NCBI GenBank assembly: GCA_964016885.1
Contig: OZ024740.1
Location: 219,914,001 to 219,978,000, forward strand
Length of the DNA stretch: 64,000 nucleotides
Reading direction: 5' to 3'
Source of the DNA: Eledone cirrhosa
Taxonomy: Eukaryota
Below, one piece after another: positions 1-14,755 of the stretch. The notes under the pieces were generated by a model. That model was not told the origin of the DNA, searched no databases, and saw nothing but the letters and a program-made list of their open reading frames with translations. The first letter of the stretch is position 1. Each line of letters begins with the position of its first letter. Both the position numbers and the translations under genes were made by a program.

Positions 1-1291
1 TACCCTCTTTTCAAATGTACAATGAAAACGGTTCACAACAAAAACGAATTACAATTATATTCTTCTCTAACTGGTCTAAGTGTCTAAAATATGCACGAGT
101 GAAGCCGTTATAGTAGCCAATCTGCTTCATTCATTTGTGGCTTTTTCTTGTTGAAAGAAAATGTTTGTGTTAAAGTCTGTCTCAAGCCTAGAAGCTCACC
201 AGGCCAGTGTTTATCCAGGTTTCACAAGTGTTATGCAAGGGAGAATTCAAAACTTCCCTCTGAACAAAATGCTCATCCATCCCAAGGTTAAGCCCTACTC
301 CATCCCAGCTGCTGCTGCAGCTGGAACTCATTTTTTCAGCTGAGTGGACTGGAGTAACATGAAATGAAGTGTATATTCAAGGATATAACGAACCAGCTAA
401 TTCATAAATTGAACCCACTACCTTACGATCACGTACCCAACACCCTAAGCACTAGGCCATGTGTTTTCCATATAATAATCTGAATAACATTTAAAAACAA
501 AATTAGTAATAAATAAATAAACTGTAGAAGTTTGAAACTACAAAGATTGAAATACACTCCAAAAATATGGAGGTTAATTAGACCAAGATAAAGTTACTAA
601 TTAAAAATAATTAGCATCTGAGAAAGAGGGAATTTAAGAATGTGTAGTTGGTGCAAATAAGAAGTATAAATGATGCAGTAAGATTTCTGAGAGACAGGAA
701 ACAGGAACTTCAGATACACTAGAGTAACTAATAGAAAGAGCTGCCATGAATTAAAAACCAAAGACTTCTCAGATATAGATAAGGTTACTACTACTACACC
801 ATTGATATAATTAGTGCTAGAGATTGAGCTAGTGACAATATAATGACCACTATATCAAGGGCTGAAAGAAGTTACGAGGAGTGTTTCCTCTGTTAAATTT
901 ATTATTATTGTAAAAATATAATATATATATATATAAATATTGGAGTTGTACTTGTTTGGCAAGTGACTTCATTTGAAAGCTTGTGTTGAAACTGAAGAGT
1001 CATTTGGTCATTTAAAACAATCAAACAATCATAGAGAAACTCTTAACTTCTCTTCACATTTATTTCATGGCGTCAAAATTTTCATATCACTTTTGCGACC
1101 AGGTCAATGATATAGTTCCTCTTCAAACAGTTGCAACAGAAGTGTGTCAGTGACTAGGTTGGAAAGCATGCAATGAAAATTATGACACTATAAAATGTGT
1201 ATCTGTGTGTGTGCATGCATTTTAAAAACTAAAATGACTCTTCCCCAATGTAATTGGTATATATATATAAAATTCTGAAAATTGTTTTTAC

Positions 1292-1381
1292 CAGATGAAA
1301 TAATTTCTGTAGGTTTAGGAATCTTCCATTCCGTTTTAGTTGGTGAGGTTGGTGAAGTTACTCCAGTGGAGTCATCTGATT
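1292..1381 (-). CDS. SVIL: 90-nt symmetric exon (ESDDSTGVTSPTSPTKTEWKIPKPTEIISS), phase 1/1
   Basis: Acceptor ttgttttttttctag|AA and donor CTG|gtaaaa. It is open in the required frame, and the gene continues beyond position 1. Confidence 0.8.
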
Positions 1382-3022
1382 CTAGAAAAAAACAATAATA
1401 ATTACAAAAATAATAATTACAATAATAAAAACAAAAATCAAGTGTATATTTAATTCAAAATATTCACAACACTACTAAACCTTTCACCATCAGGATGTAC
1501 ACAACTGCACATATGAGTTGGACACAACTTGGCCATAATCCTGTGGATGTCCTATCAGTCCAATATAAATAAGATGCCATCCAGTGTGATAAAATCCATT
1601 TGACAGGCTTCTAAACAATTTCCGTCAATCCAATTTCATTCATAATGCTTGGATTAACCCAAGTCTGCCATAAAAAAAATACACTCTCAATGTGCTACAC
1701 AGTGGGATCAAACACAGAATCTCATGGTTGCAAAACAAACATCTCAACTATTCAACCATGCTATGTTCATAATCACCAAAGATGTTAGGGCTAGCATTTG
1801 TGGCAAGTTTAAAGGTTTTTAGCTGTGAATTGTTAATGAGTTGCAAGTGTGGAATTGAAATTGTTTCCTTGAAGGTTGACTGAAATGTTCATAGGTTGAT
1901 TATGAAGGAATGATGCTAGAGCTTTGAAATCTTGCACGCATTAATTTCAACTCAACTTATTAATAACTGCATTGTTTCTTTCTAGGGACTACGTTGAAAA
2001 ATAAACCTCATTTGGTCATTCCATGAGTGTCTTGGTCAGCCTATGAACTTTTCAGCCAATCCTTATTTCTCTTCTTCCTTCTTTAGTTCATATTGCTCCC
2101 TATGGAGCACTGGGTGACAAGAGATCACCTTTCCGCATGCTCACCATCCTTGACATGGGCCTGGCCTGGGAGCAGGCTAATGTCTGCCAAGTCTTCCTCA
2201 ACCAGGTTTTGACAGATCTGCTTTGCTTCCTACACCCTGCCTTTTATGTAGTGATTATTTACTGAAGCTGTTGAAGGAAATTAATATATCACCCATAGCA
2301 GGATGTTGTTGACAGCGCTGTTAAAGTTTGTAGAAATGTAGAGAGGAGAAAGGGGTGGTACTATCTGTAAAGTAGCATGTAATAATAGATAGAGAGGGTA
2401 CTAATGCATGGAAGGAATAACTGAACCCCAGATGCACACCTTGGTTGATAGAATAGAGACCAAAGTCAAATTTTGGGACACATGTAGTGAAACTGTCTGA
2501 AAGAAAACTTTAGAGCCAAGAAATGAATTATAAGGTTAACCAGTACATCATTGTGACTACACAAAGATATAACTTACAATTTTTTAATTTTTTAATATAG
2601 TGTTTGTTTCCCTAAGTGGATTCCATAAAAACATTCTGGAATCCATGAGATAAGGTATTTCTTATAAATATATTCAATAAAAACATATGTTTCATTTATA
2701 TACATGAATGAATTCTTTCTCTAACCTAAAACAACATTCCTTTCATTTAATGTCTTATTAAAATTAAGGAGGTGGGGATTGTCTGTGAAATACAGGCAAT
2801 ATTTTCACAACTTTTCAGTAAATTGTTCAAAGGTTCCATGAGAAAATATGTTTGGAAACCACTGATCTAATATACTTTTGCTTTAACTTTCCTTAATTCC
2901 AAAGATCACCATTTTTAACAATTTTTTTTCTTTAAATTTTAGTGATTAGAAATCATGAAAAAACTATGTAATACCAACCTTCTCTGTTCTTTCATAATTA
3001 ACGTCAGAAGAAAATAACTTAC

Positions 3023-3079
3023 CTGTGAAAGATCTCTGCTTCAGTTGAGACAAAACGGTCTTCTCCCGAACAACACAGC
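3023..3079 (-). CDS. SVIL: 57-nt symmetric exon (GCVVREKTVLSQLKQRSFT), phase 1/1
   Basis: Acceptor attctttccatgttcag|GC and donor CAG|gtaagt (perfect consensus). It is open in the required frame. Confidence 0.75.
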
Positions 3080-3598
3080 CTGAACATGGAAAGAATAAAT
3101 GTTAATTTGATATAAAACAAAGAATACATTATAACAAAAAAAATCAAAATATCAATGAAGTTTAAAGGCCCCTTTGACCATAACTGATCATTGACTGGCA
3201 CCTGGAAAGTTCTTCTTCAAGTCACAAAACTGGTTATGGTGTTTTGTGGAAGACCAGCAATCACCCATGTATGTTAACCTCACCTTTCCAAGCCACCGAT
3301 AATCTCAAATGAAAAGGCAATATCTGATATAACTTGGGATCAGTGTCACCATGACATATTTTTCTTCAGTTGAGTGGACTGGAGCAATGTGAAATAAAGT
3401 ATCTTGCTCAAGGCTATAATGTGCAGTCTGGTTTGGGAATTGGTCTCACAATCTTATGATTATGAACCAAACAGTCTAACCACTAAGTCACACACCTTCA
3501 ATGAAGTTAGTGTTATAATAAACCTTTTCCAAACTGATGGGGTGCATGAGTCTAACCCAGAAGAAAAAAACAAAAGCCTTTATCATAATTTAACTCAC

Positions 3599-3849
3599 CT
3601 GATTTACTGAGCTTGCCTGCAACAGTAAATAACTGCGCATCACTTTCTTCAACTCTGGTCTTCCACGACGTCTGTGAAGATTTTAACTGAGACATTCTTT
3701 CAGAAAGGTTTATCGGGCGAACTGGTGTACTAAGGGGACTAGGAGACCTTGCTTTAAACAGTTCTCTGTCAGGGCTAGGACTGGGACTACCCTGTTTATA
3801 GACACGTTTCTTCCAGTCATGTTCACCACTATTCTTCAGAGCTACCAAC
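3599..3849 (-). CDS. SVIL: Supervillin-like exon (LVALKNSGEHDWKKRV...WKTRVEESDAQLFTVAGKLSKS), phase 2/1
   Basis: Acceptor ctcgcag|G and donor CAG|gtgagt. The peptide resembles, from memory, vertebrate supervillin [20 protein letters not shown] and QFTVAGRMVKKG. Confidence 0.85.
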
Positions 3850-6800
3850 CTGCGAGTTGCAACAATACAGAAATATATTAAAACAAGGTTAATTAAAAGA
3901 AAAAAGTTTATTTGCATTTTTATTAAAACAAATTACTGTAGAGTTGGAAGCATGAAGTTAATTCAAATTAAAGCAACATCTAAAATAATATCTCAGGGAA
4001 ATTAAGCTAATGACGAACTAATTACTGATTGTTATGGTAGACACAGATTAGTTGATTAATTTCAATACAGTCAAACCTAATGGATTCAAAAATATGATTA
4101 CTTTTTTTTTTTAATCTATTACGTTTTAAATTCTAATATTTTAAATTAGCCATTATTGCCATGCTTTTAAAAATATATTCCATTTTAATCTAGAAAACAT
4201 CTTGTAATCTAGAAAACAAAGCTAGTACAATATTTTAGAAACATTTTAACTTGAGATAAGGAATAAACATCTCAATCAACTAAGTAAACATTCTATAAAT
4301 GTCTAAGGCAAACTACATACATGGAGTTTTGCCTTTAAGCAAAATAGCTAACTCTATTTGCTTTTATCTATATAGCTAAAATAATAAGCAATATGGCCAT
4401 AGTACAGCCTAGTGATTGGCATCAGTTGGCACTAAAGAAAAACCTTTGCCATATATCCATGCAAAATGTCCGAGTTTCAAGAACCACTAATGAAAAAAGA
4501 AATAATAATGTTAAAATAGAAAAAAAGTTATAATTAAAACTAGTAATTGTAAAAACACAATTAAAATAGTGACATCCATACATCTAAAGATTTTTGCAAT
4601 TTGAAATTATAATATTTAAGTAGGAAATTTACTACATCCTTTATTTACTTTAAATTAGGATACAAATGGTATCTAATGTAATTTGGGTTGCTAGAATTCA
4701 TCTGACCTATTTTTCAATAGATGTAAATATTCAGGTTCAATGACTTTATAACTGACATATTTCCAATCATTACAGACATGTACAATTTCTCAGGGTGAGC
4801 TTCAACAGCAACTGATTGCTAAAAAGCTAAAACCTGTGTCCTGTTATTTTCTCCTATATGAACATGATAGTAATGTTAACTGTTTGAATATTTCCTACAA
4901 AGTTAGCTGATTAATCATCCAAATATATCTTCAAAATAGATGTTGAACTATTTAACCAGTTTGATGTCTCCATATAATGACCCTATATACTACATATTAG
5001 TCTAACCATTGACTTAAATAGCACAGGTTCTCTTAATAATACCAGAAATAATTTCTGTTGTTGTTATTTAACTTCAACCAGCTTTAGTTGGTGCTGTAGG
5101 TGGGCAATTGAACACAGACACCAACCACATGTCTAGCATCCTAAATATGTCAATATGAAATAACCAATGTGTCAGTTACAGTTAAATACCAGTGTGTAAC
5201 CCAACAATCATGCCGTCTTTATTATGGGGGACGCTGTCACTAGACTGAAGATCAACATTATATGATGGAACAGAGATTTTAACTGAGTCATTAAACAGGC
5301 CAATCATGTAAGAATCTCCGTTAAGTTATCCTCTAAATGCAAGCTTAATAATATGAAAATTAGTTATATTACTAAATCCCTTCAAAAGTTTTATTATTTT
5401 CAAAATTATTTTTCACTAGAAATGTGGTAATGGAAGTGCTATATTATTAAAACCTTTCATATTGATTATTTTCAAAATTATTTGGAAATTATAAACTGTC
5501 TTTCATTAGAAATATTGTAATGAAATAGTGGAATATTGTTTCATATGTCACCAGTCATGTGTCAAATTGTTGGATCACAGCCAAATATTCATTAAAAATT
5601 TATCAGATTTGACTTAATTTCATGACACACCTTGAGATTATCAGTGACACTCTAAAGAGTTACAACAAACAGTTTGGAAATATCTGCTTTATTCCAATAT
5701 AGTAACATCTACCAATAAAAATCAATAAATCCAAAATATCAATTTGAAACACTATATTATTAAATTGAAATAAAATTTTAAAAAGACTTAGATAATTTTT
5801 TTTTTTTTTACTTCAAACAAAATTTCCCATGAGAGATAATACTATTTATTATAATCTAATTTGATCATATTATTAGAATATTGGTTGATCTGTAAGAGAT
5901 AAATTAAATCTTATTTCATATTTGATAGCCTGACAGTAGTTCACCAGAACAAAGAGAAAATTTGGAATGATTTAATGAATAATAAAGTGACAAAAAATAC
6001 ATTTTAATAATCAATAAGAAGTTTTTCTTTGTTTCCTAACACAAATGAAATAAAATTTATGAAAGTAGTTGCTTGTTAATATCATTTTGATATATAAAAC
6101 CTCTATGGTTTAAAACCTAACATTTTGAAAAGTTGATTTGAAAAGTTTATTTTCACAAAGCAATATTCATTTTTTTTTTTTTTTTTGCAAATAAGAGAGA
6201 TATATTTTTTTTTAATGATTATCTCTAAACTTTTAATATGACACTTGAAATAAATGATTAACTCCAGGTCAACTTTGTTCCAAAATAACTAATACCAAAA
6301 ACAGTCTCATCATGATCATTGTATTCTAATTATTATTTTTTTCAAATACAATGTACTTCGGAATACATTATTTAGCAAGCCAAACAACTCCATAGAAACT
6401 CCCTCGTAATCAAACACAACATAAACGTTAATTTTGTGTGACTAAAATTAGCCACATTTAAAGTTCAGCTCAAAATACATAAAACCTATATAGTCACAGT
6501 TTCAAATCTTACTGTAATATACATTTCTCAACATTACTTCTACATCTACAGGAAGGCAACTGAACAATTTTATGTTTTCAATTAAAGCTTCATAAAATTG
6601 GAGTTAAAAATTCATCAAATTCATGAATAAATGAATAAATATTTTTACAGCTTCTTAATATGCCATCAGACATTTACCTATAATATATCATAAATTTGGC
6701 TTAAAACTGTGTCTGGATATTTAATATCTGTGAAAAGATATTAAAAACAAGGGGAGAAAAAAACTCCCTTATCTTTGCTATTGAATTATTGACCAAAAAC

Positions 6801-8219
6801 ATTAATATATAAAATTGAATTCAAAATTAGCCTAATAGCTAGTTATAAGTATTACATAGATGTTTTTGTGTGACTCATCTTAATTCATTGTAAAGATATG
6901 TTTTGAAAATCATAGTTGAACAATGATTAGTTAGTAATTTTAAGTTAATAAGATATCTAACAGAAAACATTAATATTGATTAGTAAGGTTAAAAATTAAC
7001 CAACAGGGAAGCTTCAAGACAAATAGAACATTTGCAAAACACTTCAAATCACAAAAACACAAAAAAGATTGCACACCATTTCAGTAACGTAGTTAAAATA
7101 TATAACTTCACGAAAAAAAAAAAAAAAATGATCAAAAGTTTTCAAAATATCACTTATAGCAGGGATCCAAAACCTTTTAAATCCCATTTATCCTACTGCA
7201 ACTTTTTGAAAATAATTTTACTCCTGTCCAGTTTTGTTAAGTAATTTGTGTTTATAACACAACTGTAATACAGTAGCAACTGACAGAGAGTGAATTTAAG
7301 AAATGATGTTTATAATATTATTGTTTTAGGTTGAAATAACAATAATAGCACAAAACAACATTATAGGCCTACTTCAATTTGTTTTCTCAACTTCAGATTA
7401 CTTTTATTTAAAAAACAAAACAAAAGCAGTGAGGTCAAATCCCAAATCAGCAAATTTACCCCTTTGGGTAAATTTACCATGGGTTGAGAACCCCTGATTT
7501 AGCACATATAACATTGAATGCAACAATTTATTCAGTAAATGCTAATTTCAATATTGCATTTATTATAGCTTTGATAACTTAGTAAAACTATCTAGTCAGA
7601 TCAGAAAGGGGTCGATCATGCAACACTATCATGTCTATGGTAGGGTTGCATTCCAAGTAGACAGGTAATGCAGTATTTTTTGTAATCAGGAGGGTGGGAG
7701 GTATGTTTATTATATATTTTCTTTCAATTTCTTTTCTTGGCCTCTCTGATGTAAGTTAGTTTAACTAAAAACTGTATGTCCCAAAATAGGTTTTGTGGAA
7801 CTCCCAGGTTCGACAAAAAAATTCAAGGATTCTGCAAAATAGATGCCTTTTAATAAAATTTATATATTTTTTGTTATATTTGGGGATGGTCATTTTGCCA
7901 GTATTTACAATATATATGAATAAATTCTCTGTGTAAAACATTTTTGTTTTATTTGATGTATTAAAATTAAGATTGTAGTGTTAGGTATGGATTCCACAAT
8001 GTTTGGAAAATTATATAAAAGTATAAAAGTTTATCTAAGGCAAAAAAATGTTACTATTCTCATACGTACACAAACACACACACACATATATATATATACA
8101 CATACATACATACATGTATTAATATCATATGAGGATAACTATATTCGCCTTGCCTAAGTACAAAGCGAAACCTACAGTCAGTAGGCACCTCTTAATCAAA
8201 TATACACCCCCCTCCCACT

Positions 8220-8541
8220 ACCCCCACCCCCACCTCTTTCTCTGTAAAGTTATGTGGGTACCACAACATCCAGTCCTAAATAAATGAGATCGTGTAGGTG
8301 TCATGACAAAAAAACACGCAGTCCACACTGTAATGTGGCCGTGTAGGTAACATGGTAAAAACCTCCCAGTCCACACTGTAAATGTAGTTGGTGTTAGGAA
8401 GGGCATCCAGCCATAGAAAACCTGCCAGACAGTCCTATACGAGCGAGACAACCAATCTTGCCTCAAGTGGGACAATTCCCATCTAAACCCATGCTAGCGT
8501 GGAAAATAGATGTTAAACGATGATGATGATGATGATGATGA
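8220..8541 (+). mobile_element. Non-coding retroposon with internal ccagtccacactgtaa repeats and an RTE-type 3' end (ccatgctagc...gg, (ATG)n)
   Basis: Homologous to 24757-25135(-), 30110-30273 and 52230-52425. Its 3' end matches the LINE end at 47135-47188. Confidence 0.7.
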
Positions 8542-9754
8542 TCTACACATATACCTACATATATACATACACATTATATATATATAATCAGGTATAAGAG
8601 TCATATTGTATTAAGGAATAAATATAAAATAATTCATACAGAAGTTCTTTGTTATATACCTATATGCCCTCATTTTATTTATATATATATATATATATAT
8701 ATGCATATGTTAGGCAACTACAGGTATGTCTTCAAGGAAATTGTTCCACAAAAAAAAAAGAAAAATACAACCTAGTATTGGATCTATAAAATGCAATATG
8801 AAGCTGCAATAAAGTTTGCATATTCTTACTCCTGTGACCTAGAAGTAGATTTCTAATGAATGTCATCATAAATGGCACTCAAGTTACAGGTGTAACTTCT
8901 GCAACAGTGATAAACTTTCAAATATGCACATTGGCCTGTCTGGAGATAACTGTTCTACAGTAGAAGTTATCAACTTCTAAACAGTATACAGAGGATCAGG
9001 CATGAGCTTGTCTTTCCCCCTCCCTCCTTCTCTCTCCCCAATCATTTAATAAACCCTTTTCATGTCAAACTGCCTGAAATCGCTCCTGATACCAAACTAC
9101 CTGAAACTACCCCTGTTTCTATTATACAAAACGGTATATTTTAAAATGATTATATTTATCTAAAAATTTTCATTTATAATTTTAGGCAAGAATCTTTGTT
9201 AAATCATATTCCAAATGCTTGCTTGGTAATAAAAAAAAATCATTATATTACTAAATCCCTCCAAATTCTTGATTATTTAAAACATTATTTGAAAATTATA
9301 TGCCAGTGTCTTTGATTTGAAATATAGTAATGAAATGGTTAAGAAAGGGAAACAAACATTTCAAAATCTTATTTCAATATCACATGGTACCACTGATCTT
9401 TATTGTATGTTCTAAACATTTTGGCATTTATCCAAGCTTTTGAAAAAAAAAAAAAATCTAAGCATTAGAAGTGAGCTAAACAATGAAAATGTGTAAAACA
9501 AAAATGTTCCTATAAAAATATACTTGGGTCAGTTATGTGTCAGATACACACATAATGTGTGTGTGTGTGTATGTAAGAATGTTTGTATGTGTGTGTGTGT
9601 GCATATATGTAGGTATGTATGTATGAATATATACATACATATATATATACATATTTATATGACTGTGTGTGTATTTGTTTTACTATGCACCTGAAAATAT
9701 GCATATAATTTCAAACTGTCAGTAATGATAAAGTGAATCATCAACTTCAGACGA

Positions 9755-9768
9755 ATCTCTCTCTCTCT

Positions 9769-9850
<82 letters not shown>

Positions 9851-9900
9851 TGTATGTATGTATGTATGTATGTATGTATGTATGTATGTATGTATGTATG

Positions 9901-9946
<46 letters not shown>
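9755..9946. repeat. Compound (TC)n(TA)n(TATG)n(TA)n microsatellite
   Basis: Seen directly. Further (TA)n or (TG)n tracts lie at 11188, 13168, 13397, 13680, 17387, 22155, 28217, 42800, 47599 and 58105. Confidence 0.95.
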
Positions 9947-9948
<2 letters not shown>

Positions 9949-10173
9949 TATAGATGAGGTCTCAGAAGTCACAAGCGGTTTGAAATTTCATATACCTTCA
10001 ATTAAACTAACTTTAAATATTTAATATACAGAAATGTCATTAGATGTTTACTGTTTAGCCCTGTGGTTATGTTTGGGACAGCCTAAGTATATAATGACAG
10101 GCCATAACAACAAAGTAAATACAGACAAAATTTAGTCAGATAGATGTGTGTAAGCATGTGTGTATATACATAT

Positions 10174-10322
10174 ATAGGAAAATAGTCAGGACCCCGACGG
10201 CTGAGCTCCGGCTGTTTCGACCGCGTCAGGGTCCTGACTCTTTTCCTATTACCCACGCTACTACCCTAAGTATTGTGTAGTCTGGTGCATTATGGTCCAC
10301 CTAGTTTCTTACCACACTTTCT
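10174..10322. repeat. Hairpin plus tail element, same family as 23036-23232
   Basis: ataggaaaatagtcaggaccc...gggtcctgactcttttcctat, followed by the tail ctaagtattg...tctggtgcattatggtcca. Confidence 0.7.
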
Positions 10323-11185
10323 TTGTTTTATATTATATATATATATTGTGTGTGTGTGTGTGTGTATATCGTGTGTGTATATATACACTCATTTGTATAT
10401 ATAGATGTATATATGTGCACATATATATATGTCTATGTCCATGTATGTATATATATATGTATATATATACACACACACATGCACTGGCTTGAATTCTCAG
10501 TTTTCTGTATTTCATTTCCATTACTAAATGGCTTTTAAAGTGACATGAACAACCCAACATGTTTTATTCTCATGGATCTGTAATCTCATACACATGAACA
10601 CAAGAAATGCATGCACATAATCTATTTATATATTTGTCTATGAATATATATATATATAAAGACAAATACATAAATCCATATTAACAAGAGAAAGAGGATA
10701 CTAATGTGAATGGATGTATTAACAAAGACTTCTGTAAAAAACGGTGTATGAATACAAAGAAACAAATGAGAGTTGGCTGTTACTAAGCAACCGGAACTCT
10801 TTGCTTGTTTAGAGTGAATTACATATGTCTTAGATAAACTACTTTTTCCCCAAAAAGATCTGATCTGAGATGGTGTGTGGTATTTTACTTATCTCGTACA
10901 GATTGGCTTTATTCCATGTTTGAAGCAAGGAACTAATAGCTGCAGACACTGCAAGAGCTATCATTGTGTTTCAGTGTAGATATGCTATGAAGTATTTCAC
11001 ACAATATCCATGTGTGTTGAGAATGGCCATTATGCTACATTTTCAGAGAAGAAACAAACATAACCAAAAATCCAATGTGAATAAACAAGATTAAAAGGAA
11101 GGAGAAATTGTTCTACATACATGCACAAACACATACGTATACATTCACTTACACATCTTAATTTTATGTTTGCTTATTTGTATTA

Positions 11186-11236
<51 letters not shown>

Positions 11237-11399
11237 AGTGTGTGCATGCATATATATCCTCATCACCGTTAACGTCCATTTTTCTATGCTAGCATGGGGT
11301 ACATACACACACACACACACAACTAGAAATGGTATTTGGGATTTGTTTAACCCTCTCAACTCTCTGACACATACCCTCACTCCTATTCACTATACCAAG

Positions 11400-11800
11400 C
11401 TACCTGGACCCGTCTGAATTTAATCATTCCAACCATGATTCTCATCACTCTATCCCCTACCTCTTTTTCTAACTCTTCAAGGTGTCTATTTATGAGAGAT
11501 TGCATAAGATCTGCCCATACCCAATATATCTTACACTCACTTTTTCTGTGCTACAAGCCATCACTCTCTGAAGATTGCCCAACTATATTATTATCTTTCA
11601 CTTGATCTCTCTCACTAGCAAACATGTAAGTCACCTGTCTCTCTTCCATTAATTCTTTCTCTACTACCCTCACCCTAAGTACTCTGTTCCAATGATCATA
11701 TTTTTGCTTCTCTTCACCTTCCTCCTCTGTCATAGTTCACTCTTTAATTCACCCACTTGGCCATGTTGCCTTGAATGCACAGACACACCACAGAGTAATG
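11400..11800 (-). pseudogene. Decayed LINE 5'/endonuclease fragment
   Basis: The minus strand is purine-rich with coding-like remnants next to a retroposon tail. The call is approximate. Confidence 0.4.
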
Positions 11801-12742
11801 AGAACTCTTTAACCTTGTACTAGTACTAGTCCCACAAGGAAATACACCCTATGCACTCTGTAAAGTGGTTGGCAAATGAGCGGAGAGAACGCAGAGCCAA
11901 AAAGACTCTTTAGGTTGGCCAAAGACATAACAACATCTCTAGTGTCGATGTTATGACAAAATGAGCCCAGTACACTCTGTAAAGTGTTTGGTGTTAAGAA
12001 GCGCATACACTCATAAAAATCATGTAATATTTGGTCCAACTCTCTACACACAGTGTTCAAATCCTGCCATGGTTCAGTTTGCCTTTCATAATTTCATGGT
12101 CAATAAATAAAGTACTAACCAAGTATTGGTGCAGCCCTTTGTCTTGAATGTTCAGTTAGGCCAAAGGTGATAAGGTCTAAAAGGTGCCTCTGCCTGCTCA
12201 CAACAATATCAACACCTAAAACCATTAGCAAAAGCATGATACATGCTACCATGTCATCCTCAACTGTGAGTGATGGCTGTAGGGTTTAGTTTACACACAC
12301 ACACACACATCTGTTTATACACATATATTTTTTAAATACTGCAAAATTTAAATTAATTCCTTGTTAAACAGTTTTCATATATCTGCTATTGCTGCTAATT
12401 TGAATATTCCTTCTTCACAAGCTAATAAACCACAAACTTTACTGAATATTGCATATGTTGTTTATTGTATTGTTTGTTGTTGTTTTTTTTTTGTCTTTTA
12501 TTTCTTGTGTCTCTTATCTCTTTCACTTACTGACTCAGATATACACATACAAACTCAGAAATAGTAAATGAAATATAGAAAACAGGATATAAAAGTAAAA
12601 GTAGAAGAAAGGAGGTTGTGGGAGGTTTCATAAGATGAGAAAGATAACAAACAACACACAACATTGCTGCTATACTGACTTCTACTGATAGCAAGAACAA
12701 ACCAGTTTGATTGAGTGTAATAAGTATGGGTTATAGCATACA

Positions 12743-12780
<38 letters not shown>

Positions 12781-13164
12781 GCTGATCAAATTAATAAGAT
12801 AAATCAGCATGTGCAATGATTTTTATTTTTTTTTCATAGCTGGTGTGCTAGTGCATCGACTACTCTAGTCATACACAGTAAACTTGCCTGTTGGCTGGTG
12901 AGCCAAGGTCATCACCTGACATCTGAGGAGAATTATCTCTGGAAGACCAACAAATTAGTTGACATTTTCTCACAGTAGTACAGAACAAAACAAACACAAT
13001 GACAAGGTAAAACAAAATAAGTCAAAACCCCAAATGGGCCATTACTAAGAAAAACATACCAAGCAAATTAACATTACCAAGGTTTGATAGATTAACAAAG
13101 AGAAACATTTAGAATTTTACTTCAGTTTTCAAGTGCTGTTTTCTTACAACATATGAAGTCAAAT

Positions 13165-13231
<67 letters not shown>

Positions 13232-13233
<2 letters not shown>

Positions 13234-13392
13234 TTTTATTAAGGCTAAATATTGAGTCATGTTACTCTGGAGTTTTGTCTGTTTATACTCCAGGTGAAAC
13301 TCCAGAGCAACAAAACTCACTATTTAGCCTAAATAGAATGAATATTTAAACTTTATTTTGGTACTGAGAACTCTTTTCTCTCAGCTGTCAAC

Positions 13393-13396
<4 letters not shown>
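13232..13396. repeat. ~109-nt imperfect hairpin plus tail between two long (TA)n tracts
   Basis: aggctaaata...ctctggagttt pairs with aaactccagag...tatttagcct. Confidence 0.7.
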
Positions 13397-13461
<65 letters not shown>

Positions 13462-13662
13462 AGAATCATAATTAGAGCTAAGCACTGTATGGTTAAAACA
13501 TTGAACTAATTACCATAGCAGTTTCAGATATAGATTTATTTAAAGATAGCTTTTGAAAGAAAGATTAGGAAAGCAATGTTATTTGTCGTTTTCTTTTTAA
13601 TTATGTTCAAATTATCTTGATCTTACTGAAATCAACTCCCCACTGTGTATTATACATAAACA

Positions 13663-13721
<59 letters not shown>

Positions 13722-14352
13722 AGCATATGTATGTGCAAGCATATGTATGTGTACGTATGCATATATGTGACAAACACATATCTACATACATAGCTTAGTA
13801 TAAAACTAAAAATAAACAGAGACTGCATTTGTAATTCTACAGACCAGCCTTGTCACACTGTGTCATACTTTCTCTCCCTGAAAATTACATTAAGGGTACA
13901 CATGGTTGTTGAATACTCAGCCACCTAGACAAGTAAGCCTTTTCATTTATTTTTAGCTGGTCCTGAGATCACAAAATATATGCTCCCTTTTCCCTTCTCT
14001 CTCCCATGTAATATAATCCTAAAGAGTTAATACATTATATATATATAACTACAGTAGTATTTCGATATCAGAACTACTATATGAAAACCCTTCTTCCCCA
14101 TAAACATGTCAAACTTTTCATGTATTCGTTTATTTTTGTAAACCTTTATTTCATTTACTTTAGGAAAACCTGTAACTGTATTTACAATGTCAGTGGACAA
14201 ATAGAAGATTATTGTATTTGCACAAGGCAGAAAATCTATGAGTGAAAAAATATCTCTAAACTACTTGGAATTAGTAAACAACTATCTACAACAAATACAT
14301 TAACTGTTTTGAGTAAAACCCACATTTAAATAATTTACATCTTAGTCTAAGG

Positions 14353-14755
14353 CAGTGGTTGGCAAACTTTTTTAGGGGTGAGCCAGATTGTTAAATCTTA
14401 GTTAAATCTTGTTTCAGACTGGTAATCATTCCTTTCACTTTTTACTTGTCTAAAATAAGAGTTAACCAAATATATTTGTGAGTGGCTATAATGCCATTAA
14501 GGATTTTAGTATTTTTGCAAGTTTATATATATAACAATTTGGTAGCTCAGCAATTAGTTATCTAAGCAAAAATTAATAAGGAAAACAAATAAATCTTATA
14601 TATAACATCACAATGGTGGTACTCCAGCATGGCCTCAGCCTGTCAGCTGGAACATGTAATACAGTAACAGAGACATATTTACTAAAGTCCAAGGGCCAAA
14701 TAAAATTAAGCTGTGGGTTGGATTTGACCCATAAGCTATATTTTACTGACCCTTA
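14353..14755. mobile_element. hAT-type MITE
   Basis: It starts CAGTGGTTGGCAAAC and ends in a degenerate inverted terminus. An 8-bp TSD gtctaagg lies at 14345-14352 and 14756-14763. Confidence 0.75.
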
